Positions 55,599 to 64,000 of a DNA stretch of 64,000 nt are shown piece by piece. How positions within the stretch are numbered: position 1 is the stretch's first letter; every line of letters starts with the position of its first letter. Both the position numbers and the translations under genes were made by a program. Origin of the DNA: a virus; the IMG/VR virus record IMGVR_UViG_3300031251_000004, positions 37,914 to 101,913 of that record; one strand, given 5' to 3'. The notes below the pieces were generated by a model. The model was not told the DNA's origin, made no database searches, and worked only from the letters and a program-made list of their open reading frames with translations.

Positions 55599-58500
55599 TT
55601 GTAATACTTTCTTGTGCTACCGTTACAGTGTTAGCAACAAAATACTGATTTTGTTGAGCGGTTATAGTCAACACTTGCCCTGCTTGCCCATCAACATTGA
55701 AATATACTATTCTAACTCGCTCAACACCGCTTACTGCTTGTGCAGCTGCAATTAATGTTGATGCGTTTAATACATCACCTAGCTTTCCGGTATTAATTGT
55801 TGTAGTAACTGCATTTTTTACATTCTGAATTACTATTGCAGCTGAGTTGGTTGAATTTGAATTTACTACTATATTTAGTGTTGCATCTATTAGTAATTCT
55901 TGAGCCTCTTTGACTAAAACATCCGCTGTTATTGGTCTAGCTCCTTCAACCGTAAATGTTGTTGTGCTTATTAGTGAGTTATAGTTATACTGAATTAAAA
56001 TTCTTTCGTTTTGTTTTGGAGCTAAGTAATCATACACAGCTGTGTACCTTGAGCCGGTTGCCGGTTGAGTAAAAAATGATACAGTAAATCTAGCAGACTG
56101 TGACGAATTAAATCCGCTTGATGCATAAAATCTATCTAAAAACGCAAACTTTTTATTAGTGAACAGCGTACCATTTTTTGAGAAATATACATTTTCTGAA
56201 TCATTATCTGTTGCATAATAAAAAGTAACCTGTAATGCATCACCAATTACTGGTGCATTAGCTAGATTATTGCTTGTTGATGGTAATGTAAATTCTGTAT
56301 TTTGTAATGTTGTATCATTAATCATTTCATTTGCATACAATATATTATTACTAATACTTGTACCGAATACATCGTATGTTGCTGCGGTGCTTAATACTTG
56401 ATTACCAGTTGTAATATTTACTTTTTCTACACTAACTACTCTAACAATATAAGCATTTGATGGTATCGTAGAATTAGATGTAAGTCCTAAAAATGTTTTA
56501 AAAGCACTTAGAGCATTTTGTTTTAATCCATTATTTATAGCAGTGAATATAACGCTTGCAACCTGGGTAACTGTTGTTCCGCTTGCAGTTATAACACCCT
56601 GGTTAGATATTTGATCTGTGACTGTTATAGATAGCTTAGTTGGTGACTGATGCAAATTTTTATTTGAAAATAGCATTACAACCACTGCATCACCTTGAGA
56701 GGCAACAGCATTTGCTGGTAAATTTAAAATATTATTTACCGGATCAATTATACCAGAAGTTGTCCATAAATCCTTACCATCCGCAATTCTAATTACACTT
56801 ATTTGATTCACTGCTAGATTAGCTACTGCTAATTGTATTGTTATTAAATTACTTGAAGAACTAAATGATGTTATATTATATGTTCCTTTATTATTTACAT
56901 TAGATGTATTAATTAGTCTTATCGACTTACCTAATAAATCATCTACTGATGAAAAACTAAATAATATACTTGAAAAAGTTGCAACTGTAGAATTAGCGTT
57001 CACAGACTGTATATATCCATCTGTACCAGATGCTATTGCTATACCGGTCGTATTATCAATTATATTAAAAGTTATATTATTTTCAACAATAAAATTATGT
57101 ATTGGTACATAATAATTATTATTAGTGAAATTGAATAATAAGTTCTGAAAATCGTTTTTTAGTATTGTGTTGTTGTATGTAAATGGTTGAAATCTTCTTA
57201 TATCATCTGCAAAATATAACACAAGAACATTATCACCAATATTTGGCGAGTTAAATCCAGAAAAAATCAACTGATATGCAGTACCTGTATTTACAACAGT
57301 ACCTGGAAAATCAGCATTCCATATTTCTTTACCTGACACTAAATCTATTACTGATACTACTTGTGATTGTAATAATGAGAAATCAGAAGAAGGTATACTC
57401 AATGTAATATAATTTTGGGAAAGACCGTTGACCTGAATAGTTTGATTTTCTTTTTTAATTACATTTGATTTTATAGTATTGGTTGCGCCAGTGCTGGTAT
57501 TTAGTAAAAATCCATTACCAGATCTACTAACTGGTAATCCAGTTATACCAACAGACATTAAATCTGGTACCGCAGCTAGATATGTAACATCCAAATATAC
57601 AGATTGAGTTGTTGTTGGAACATTTCCAACTGGAACAGTTATTTGATTGGATGAAAAACTTCCGGTTGAATTAGTGGCATTAAATGCATCTTGTTGATTA
57701 TATGTAATTGATATCAAACTACCAAGTATCGCTGTTGTGTCTGTTGGCAAAATTACAATAACGCTATACTTAAGTTCTATACCAACTACGATGCTATTAT
57801 TAATAATAATTCCATCGCCTTCTGCAGTATTGTATACTTCTTCATTCGAATCAGCCAATCTAATATCTTCTATGGAGCTAATTGGGTTATCAATGGGAGA
57901 TAGAACTACCTGCAATCTTGTTGGAAAATTCGGCACAGTACTAGCTACAACAGTACCACGCGTAAAACTAAAATAATCAGCACTTATTATTGTAGATACC
58001 GGATGTTTTACCGTTCCAACATAAAAATTATTAGTGGCATTCATAGAAAATAAAACCCGTTCATCTCTAATAACATTAGACATATCCCAATCAACGCTAT
58101 CAGTTATTGGTCGAGGATTATTTTTTAAGAATTTACCATCATAATCGCTGTATGGATCATAGCTAACTATCCAGGTATAATCAACTTGAAGGATATTACT
58201 TGATGCCGGTAATGTATTACCAGTAATTTGTATTCTGCCAGTTGTATTAGTGCTTCCAGTATTGTCTAAGTTCTGATTAGTGATTTGATATGTTTCACCA
58301 GTATTCACATTGAATACCCTGGTTACATTTGTAGCTGGAGTGTGTAATAGTTGAATTATAGAATTATCACTTGTTGATACATTACTATTTTCACTAACTA
58401 TAGATATACTCTGTTGTACTTCTGATATATCAATAACATCCGAATATGTTGTAGCATCTTGTCCGTTAAATTTTGACTTGATTCTATCTTCTTGAAATAA

Positions 58501-59682
58501 CGATATCTTATTTGATATCCAGTGAAATTTATCGAATCCCCATGGACTGCCAGCATATACTCCAGTATCTTTTATTAACTCATAGTTTCCAGACACTCTT
58601 CCAAGACTATCTGTAGTTTTTGGAATAAAATTACCGCCACTAAGCGTTCCTGTAACTTGTAAAATTGCCTCTACAGGTTGAGCTGGTAATGTACCATTTG
58701 CGATATCGTCAATTCTTTTTTGAGTAACTGTTTTATTAACATCTGCTGGAATTTGACCTAAAACAATTATATTAGCAGTACTAGTTGGATCATTGTTATT
58801 ACTCTGATCTATATAGATATATGTATCCGTAAATTGAGTCAATATACTTCCAAGTAATAAGATATCTACTTTTCCACCAGTTCCTTCTGATATTATCGTA
58901 TAACTACCATCTGAATTTTTTACTACCTGCGTTCCATCTCTTGTCATTAGTGGATTACCAGGACCAATTACCACTGCGTCTTCAACGGCTGAATTTGACT
59001 CTACTAGATTTTTGTATCCGAGGGCTGTGCCTATATTAGAACCACTAAATACTGCTAATACTCTATTCCTAAATGTTGCATCGTTTTCTTGATCCACACC
59101 ACCAGTGAATGGAAATGTGTTCGTAACATTTGATACACCAGCAATAGCTGTTTGATTTAATGAATATTGTGATACATTTCCGGCACTACCAGCAGTAGTT
59201 GCCTGTACCGATACTTCTACCGCATATTGATCTGTTATATTCAAAAAACTCAATGCACTTTGATATTTAGTAGCGATAGATTTATAAAAATTAGCATTTG
59301 CTGGATCTACGCTTGTACCATTCAATACAACGAATGTAGAGCCGCTCGTAGAAGTTATTAATGAATTAACATTGATGGCAATGATAGCTGGGATAGAACT
59401 AAATGTCAATAATGCCGTACCAGAAGATTTGGTTGCTACTTTTCTTGTGACACCATAGTTTTGTGCTAATTTATCAAGGTCACTACCGGATACAAGTCTT
59501 AATGACTGAAGATTAGATATCTTACCAAGTTCATCATATAACAATGCAATCTGTGATGCCGGAGCATCTACAATCAGATCTCTAGCGACCGTTCCCGGCT
59601 TTAAATCCAAATTTGGCTGAGCTGTATTAAAAAAGTCTATTAGACTTAATATAATATCATTAGTTGATCTGATCGTTACCAT
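55591..59682 (-). CDS. Baseplate J-like wedge protein with a large internal insertion
   Basis: PGTVARDL, LDKLA.NYGV.RK.AT.S.G, V.A...G..GNV, VTN..FTGG.D.E.D..FR.R, C-terminal LGD.L..S.LI......GV..V. Confidence 0.85.
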   Translation of the reverse strand: MVTIRSTNDIILSLIDFFNTAQPNLDLKPGTVARDLIVDAPASQIALLYDELGKISNLQSLRLVSGSDLDKLAQNYGVTRKVATKSSGTALLTFSSIPAIIAINVNSLITSTSGSTFVVLNGTSVDPANANFYKSIATKYQSALSFLNITDQYAVEVSVQATTAGSAGNVSQYSLNQTAIAGVSNVTNTFPFTGGVDQENDATFRNRVLAVFSGSNIGTALGYKNLVESNSAVEDAVVIGPGNPLMTRDGTQVVKNSDGSYTIISEGTGGKVDILLLGSILTQFTDTYIYIDQSNNNDPTSTANIIVLGQIPADVNKTVTQKRIDDIANGTLPAQPVEAILQVTGTLSGGNFIPKTTDSLGRVSGNYELIKDTGVYAGSPWGFDKFHWISNKISLFQEDRIKSKFNGQDATTYSDVIDISEVQQSISIVSENSNVSTSDNSIIQLLHTPATNVTRVFNVNTGETYQITNQNLDNTGSTNTTGRIQITGNTLPASSNILQVDYTWIVSYDPYSDYDGKFLKNNPRPITDSVDWDMSNVIRDERVLFSMNATNNFYVGTVKHPVSTIISADYFSFTRGTVVASTVPNFPTRLQVVLSPIDNPISSIEDIRLADSNEEVYNTAEGDGIIINNSIVVGIELKYSVIVILPTDTTAILGSLISITYNQQDAFNATNSTGSFSSNQITVPVGNVPTTTQSVYLDVTYLAAVPDLMSVGITGLPVSRSGNGFLLNTSTGATNTIKSNVIKKENQTIQVNGLSQNYITLSIPSSDFSLLQSQVVSVIDLVSGKEIWNADFPGTVVNTGTAYQLIFSGFNSPNIGDNVLVLYFADDIRRFQPFTYNNTILKNDFQNLLFNFTNNNYYVPIHNFIVENNITFNIIDNTTGIAIASGTDGYIQSVNANSTVATFSSILFSFSSVDDLLGKSIRLINTSNVNNKGTYNITSFSSSSNLITIQLAVANLAVNQISVIRIADGKDLWTTSGIIDPVNNILNLPANAVASQGDAVVVMLFSNKNLHQSPTKLSITVTDQISNQGVITASGTTVTQVASVIFTAINNGLKQNALSAFKTFLGLTSNSTIPSNAYIVRVVSVEKVNITTGNQVLSTAATYDVFGTSISNNILYANEMINDTTLQNTEFTLPSTSNNLANAPVIGDALQVTFYYATDNDSENVYFSKNGTLFTNKKFAFLDRFYASSGFNSSQSARFTVSFFTQPATGSRYTAVYDYLAPKQNERILIQYNYNSLISTTTFTVEGARPITADVLVKEAQELLIDATLNIVVNSNSTNSAAIVIQNVKNAVTTTINTGKLGDVLNASTLIAAAQAVSGVERVRIVYFNVDGQAGQVLTITAQQNQYFVANTVTVAQESITSG

Positions 59683-59691
59683 TATGTAGCC

Positions 59692-60129
59692 TTAAATATT
59701 ACTTATTGGAGTTTGAAATGTCGCGCTTACTTTACCAAATGCTCTGCTCAATACATTTATAGTCGTTATATACCAGCGCGGATCATATGGACTTTGCGTT
59801 ATTGATATATTTTTAATAAATGCGATTTGTTCATCTGGTGAAACTGATTGACCAGACTGAACTTGTAAGTTTTGTAGTTTTTTCAAATTTTGAACCGCAT
59901 TTTCTAGTTGAGTTTGCGCAACTGATAGTAATATATCACTATTTAGAACAGATCCTATTAAAGACTTAGACATTAGTGTTCCATACCAAGGATTTAATAC
60001 GTTCGCACCAGCCTCTGTTAAGGCTATTTTGAGCAAATCTTGCACCAATTTATCGTTTCCTTGAACCGTAGCAAAATCAGAATTTGAAATAACTAAATCA
60101 CCATTAAGTATTTTTAGATCAAAAGACAT
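59692..60129 (-). CDS. gp25/DUF2634-like baseplate wedge (sheath initiator) protein
   Basis: DLKI.NGDL....V.G..KL.Q.L....LT..G....PWYG; directly upstream of baseplate J; ATG 60129 with AGGTG RBS. Confidence 0.75.
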   Translation of the reverse strand: MSFDLKILNGDLVISNSDFATVQGNDKLVQDLLKIALTEAGANVLNPWYGTLMSKSLIGSVLNSDILLSVAQTQLENAVQNLKKLQNLQVQSGQSVSPDEQIAFIKNISITQSPYDPRWYITTINVLSRAFGKVSATFQTPISNI

Positions 60130-60146
60130 AGTTTCACCTACTAAAT

Positions 60147-60161
60147 ATGCCAAATTATTAT
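60147..60161 (-). promoter_or_regulatory. Putative phage promoter motif ATA-N8-GCAT
   Basis: ATAATAATTTGGCAT followed by ATTTAGTAGG and the baseplate operon start. Confidence 0.5.
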
Positions 60162-60179
60162 TATTGAAGCAAAAATAGC

Positions 60180-61838
60180 CTATGGAGCAATTACAACTGT
60201 TCCATTATTGACATTATCATAGTATTTTTGTATAAATTGGTAAATATTCAGCAGTGTGCTTTCAAATGATGCTAATGCTGTCACTACATCTGGTACATTT
60301 TGCTGATCTTGTGCTGGCAGGTTCGTATTACCTATATCACCAATATTTATATCTTTTCTATAATTTCTAATTCTTTGGAGTGCTCTAGTATCAATCAATC
60401 CTAATAATGCTAATGGATCCATAATCCATAATGCTGCTTGCATTGCAATCATATCTATTAATCCAAGTCCACTGAACTCACCCATTATTATTTCAATATT
60501 TTTTAAAAAATTTATACCATCATTACCTAACTTATTTCTTTTTTCATTTAATAAATCTAGATTTTGTTGATATGATTTAGCAATATTTTTATTTATAGAA
60601 AATACTGAATCATCTAGATTAGAAAATACAAAATCCCCCACATCAGGAACTCCATTAAGCCCAGTATCAAATTGTAAATCATTTAATATTTGTTTTTGTG
60701 TTCGTGTAATTATTTCATTTTCTAATAATCGATTATTAAGATCATTAGCAATCGGTACATTTACCGTACCACCATTTTCTATTCCACCAATAGGATTGGG
60801 CATTGGTTGAAAATTCATTGCTTGTCTAATTTTTTGTATTTCATTAATTGATTCAATTAATTTATCTACTACAATTTGCATAATTTTAACATAATCACTA
60901 AATATTTTTACCTCTGAACTATACAATTGTCCTAATGGATCGGCTACTGCTGCAACTAAATCCTGATCCGTTTGTGATGGGTCATCAGTTATACTTTGAA
61001 AAATAGCAGTAATGACATCATTACCTTGATCTAGAGTAAGATTTTTATTATTAAATCTTGTTGTTATTACTTTTTCAATATACGGTCTTTTTAGGTTATC
61101 AGTAGAACCTGTTGCAGAACCAAATACCTTAGTTTGTGTTTTATCTTTTAAAAATGGGGCACAAATCCTATTCACTATTGGTCTAACCGATGAATCTATC
61201 CTTGGATCAACTATAAATGGTTTTATTGGATGTCTAGTAACTAAAATAGAGGGAGTAATTGCGAAAACTTTATTCAATTCCTGAACTCTTTCATCAATCG
61301 ATTGATTTTTATTTGGATCATCAACTAATGGGGCGGTGCTTCCAAGCTGTCGCTCGAACGATCTTATAAATAATGAGCCGAGAGTTATTTGTTGGGCTTG
61401 AGTTCCACCACCAGAAAATATGGTATTAAAATATAACTGTACTTGCTGTTCCCTATACGCAAATTGTGATTTTAAAGCTAAATTGTCTATTACACTACTT
61501 GCTATTTTCTGATATGCTGCGGTGGCAGTTTTATCTAAATTTAGATTAGGATCATACCCTGGACTATAAAAATTACTACTATCGGCAACAACAGGGAATC
61601 CTAACATACGATAGAACGCATGACATCTTGATTCCTGATATTGAGGCGTATTTAGTTCCTGTGAGTTAGGAACTAATGCATTAAAATGACTGCGTAATGC
61701 GTCAACTGGTGAAATGAAATTATTGTATAATGTATCAAAATCAATATTCAATATATCTTGATTATTTTGATATTGAGATTGAGAATTATCTTCTGATGAA
61801 TTATTATTATAGTAGTTATTATTTGAGCTATTATCCAT
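60180..61838 (-). CDS. Hypothetical virion protein
   Basis: 552 aa, N/Q-rich N-terminus, lies in the structural block. Confidence 0.55.
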   Translation of the reverse strand: MDNSSNNNYYNNNSSEDNSQSQYQNNQDILNIDFDTLYNNFISPVDALRSHFNALVPNSQELNTPQYQESRCHAFYRMLGFPVVADSSNFYSPGYDPNLNLDKTATAAYQKIASSVIDNLALKSQFAYREQQVQLYFNTIFSGGGTQAQQITLGSLFIRSFERQLGSTAPLVDDPNKNQSIDERVQELNKVFAITPSILVTRHPIKPFIVDPRIDSSVRPIVNRICAPFLKDKTQTKVFGSATGSTDNLKRPYIEKVITTRFNNKNLTLDQGNDVITAIFQSITDDPSQTDQDLVAAVADPLGQLYSSEVKIFSDYVKIMQIVVDKLIESINEIQKIRQAMNFQPMPNPIGGIENGGTVNVPIANDLNNRLLENEIITRTQKQILNDLQFDTGLNGVPDVGDFVFSNLDDSVFSINKNIAKSYQQNLDLLNEKRNKLGNDGINFLKNIEIIMGEFSGLGLIDMIAMQAALWIMDPLALLGLIDTRALQRIRNYRKDINIGDIGNTNLPAQDQQNVPDVVTALASFESTLLNIYQFIQKYYDNVNNGTVVIAP

Positions 61839-63982
61839 TATCTGGCTCCACTATCATTAGACTCATCTCTGGAAACATCTCCAGAATCTCGTCTTGGTAT
61901 TCCTCCATCTGTACTTGAGGAACCAGATGAGGATATAGCTGGTGAATATACAAATGTATAGTCTAACTCTGTTACTGCAACGGATGGCGTTTGAGTAATA
62001 TCTGATGGATTAGATAGAATACTTATATAGTTATTATTAAAAGAAACTTTGATGGTTCCATTTCCTGGAATATCACTTAATATTTCTGCTGTAAATAGTT
62101 GATATCCATCATAGGAAAATGAGCTAATAGTTCCTAATGAAATATTAGCATTCAATTGTGCCGCTATTGATTCAGCTACTTGTGGAGATAGATTATTCGT
62201 TAACGGCTGAGACGAGCTTTCATTGATATTTACAGATACGATTATCGGTTGTGTAATAAATTGTATGACTGGACTTAAACTAAATGAGCTAGTATATTGA
62301 TCATAAGATGCAGGAATAACTGCAGCCAGTGAACTATTGGTCTGTTGTTGCAGATTATTTAACAACCCAAGAACTGTTGCCTGAAATGCATTTGTTGATT
62401 CAATAGAAACGCTTTGTCTATACAATGTTATAGCATTTGTAATGGCATCTTGGGTTCCACCAACATCAGGTAGTACAATATTAGCAAGAGCAGCCGCATT
62501 GCCATTGAACTGAGCACCAATTGTATTGTTAATGAAGTCTTTATTTAACGCTACTTCTGGAATACACCCAAGAGTTATTAGGCTTTCTCCAACTAAAACT
62601 TCATGATTAATTGTAAAAGTATATTCTACATCTGAAAACAAGTATCCATCATTAGGGTAATATACTTCTCCATTTGCTGGTATACCTATTGGCTTTTGAT
62701 GAATAAAAGTATTTAGCGGGGTCGTTCTACCATGGGCATCTAATACTGGTGCTCCATTATCCTCAGTAATAACCCCACCGACTAAATTGAGTGTACCATT
62801 AAACGGAGCAACGTAATCATTATTATATGATGATACTCCAACCGTTGGAGGACTTTGCACAATAGCATTAGCTATTTTCATATACCTTGGACCTTTTGGA
62901 TCCGTTGGATTAAATGCAAAATCAGCAGGATTATAAAAAAATCTGAAACTGATTACATATGGCGTTGACGGAGGCGAAGTAGTAGTTGTATAATTAGTAC
63001 CACCAGGGAAAAACACTTTTGTATTAGATGGAGTTAAGTCGTATGGTGAAGTTATATTAATAAATGCTTGATGCGTTGATAGAGATGCATCATAGAATTG
63101 CCAGCTTTCTGATCTTATTGATGATATTATTGGTGGGAAGGATGCAGGTAATTCTAATCCAGAATCTATACCAACTTCATTATAATATAAGAAAGATCCT
63201 GTACCTTTAATATCACTATTATCTTTAATAAATCCTGGACATACATCAGGAGTGCAGCAGGAACTGGGATTACCACCACTTGAACTACATGGAGGTATTC
63301 TAAAACCTAAACTTAGAATTGCTTTTATGATTTGTATTATAATAGTAAATACACCAAAAATTACAAATAGATTTTGTAGTGAACATAATAAATCACCAAT
63401 TTTTTTGGTTATACCTATGATACTATCATTGTCTAACCTTTGAGCTGCTTTTCCTAACAAATTCAAATTAAAAATTATTACCTCAATCATTCCAGCTATA
63501 CGAGTTATCAAATATTCTATTAAAGATAGAATCAACAATAATAATGATATTATCATAATTGGTATTGCAAATGCTGGAAAAATTGAAAGAAACTCCGGTA
63601 TGCAATTACGAAATAAATTACTTATTGCACCACCAAGTGTAAACGGATTGAGTAATGAACACAATACTTCAATTATACATAGAATTAAATTTAATACTGG
63701 AAGAAAAAATTTATACAACATTAAAAATGGAGAGAACTTTTGTAATAAATCATTTACGGCACCATAAACATCAATAATAACATTTGGTTCCATTTTAGGT
63801 TTTAGCGTGCCTGGTGGCAATATAAAACTTATTTGATTAAATATGGATGTTAAATCTTCTACTGGTGAGGGAACGAATGGAATATTATATGACGGCAATG
63901 CAACGGAAAATCCACTGCTACCAGGGAATGTCCCAGCATTGGGGGCGACAACATTAGATTCTGGTAGTGGGGTACATGGCAT
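61838..63982 (-). CDS. Virion/baseplate-associated protein with hydrophobic Cys-rich helical N-terminus and C-terminal invasin-like Ig domain
   Basis: 714 aa; several long hydrophobic helices at about aa 85-230; C-terminal V.V.....QPL...G.IS...DG..FTA.I.S..PG.GTI.V.F pattern; AAGGA RBS. Confidence 0.5.
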   Translation of the reverse strand: MPCTPLPESNVVAPNAGTFPGSSGFSVALPSYNIPFVPSPVEDLTSIFNQISFILPPGTLKPKMEPNVIIDVYGAVNDLLQKFSPFLMLYKFFLPVLNLILCIIEVLCSLLNPFTLGGAISNLFRNCIPEFLSIFPAFAIPIMIISLLLLILSLIEYLITRIAGMIEVIIFNLNLLGKAAQRLDNDSIIGITKKIGDLLCSLQNLFVIFGVFTIIIQIIKAILSLGFRIPPCSSSGGNPSSCCTPDVCPGFIKDNSDIKGTGSFLYYNEVGIDSGLELPASFPPIISSIRSESWQFYDASLSTHQAFINITSPYDLTPSNTKVFFPGGTNYTTTTSPPSTPYVISFRFFYNPADFAFNPTDPKGPRYMKIANAIVQSPPTVGVSSYNNDYVAPFNGTLNLVGGVITEDNGAPVLDAHGRTTPLNTFIHQKPIGIPANGEVYYPNDGYLFSDVEYTFTINHEVLVGESLITLGCIPEVALNKDFINNTIGAQFNGNAAALANIVLPDVGGTQDAITNAITLYRQSVSIESTNAFQATVLGLLNNLQQQTNSSLAAVIPASYDQYTSSFSLSPVIQFITQPIIVSVNINESSSQPLTNNLSPQVAESIAAQLNANISLGTISSFSYDGYQLFTAEILSDIPGNGTIKVSFNNNYISILSNPSDITQTPSVAVTELDYTFVYSPAISSSGSSSTDGGIPRRDSGDVSRDESNDSGAR

Positions 63983-64000
63983 TTAACTATCCTTCATTAT

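Noticed and set aside
48744-60129. Bacterial extracellular contractile injection system or tailocin locus
   Set aside because: The baseplate genes are contiguous with phage replication, RNR, sigma and homing endonuclease genes, which fits a lytic phage genome better.
17341-63443. Short + strand ORFs opposite the minus-strand operons (19501..19875, 27614..27973, 35487..35885, 44885..45256 and others)
   Set aside because: They are antisense to genes with clear catalytic or structural motifs and have no independent support.
1-64000. Stop-codon reassignment as seen in some large phages
   Set aside because: Very long ORFs are intact in code 11, and TAA, TAG and TGA all end genes at sensible positions.
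1-64000. CRISPR array, tRNA or rRNA genes
   Set aside because: No regularly spaced repeat-spacer units or cloverleaf-like sequences were seen, and intergenic gaps are under about 100 bp; a covariance search was not run.

Overview
This AT-rich, gene-dense window looks like 64 kb of a large (jumbo-type) contractile-tailed bacteriophage genome read in standard code 11. No rRNA, tRNA, CRISPR array or integrase was seen. Layout: (1-15.3 kb) a tail-fibre/virion island with four tandem Gly-rich fibre paralogues, a GDL-repeat fibre and three paralogous virion proteins; (15.3-33 kb, minus strand) nucleotide-kinase-like ATPase, methionine aminopeptidase, PIN-PhoH, class II ribonucleotide reductase, sigma70-family factor, two FmdB zinc ribbons, DnaB helicase, DnaC-like loader, SF2 helicase, a free-standing endonuclease and many small orphans; (33.6-41.8 kb) GH25 endolysin, a TubZ/CetZ/PhuZ-like tubulin and a sugar locus (RmlB-like dehydratase, 2 GT2, 1 GT4) interrupted by a GIY-YIG endonuclease; (41.9-64 kb) a ~12x Ig-repeat protein and a very large baseplate module (LamG wedge, baseplate J, gp25-like). 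Most notable observations: a shared 10-residue C-terminal motif on unrelated small orphan proteins; a 16-codon dnaB/dnaC chimeric minigene that records an endonuclease insertion; a candidate phage promoter motif including a palindromic bidirectional copy; identical DNA blocks inside otherwise diverged fibre paralogues; and a protein with an N-terminal membrane anchor and a BamA-type beta-signal. All product calls come from motif recognition by eye; no database searches were run.
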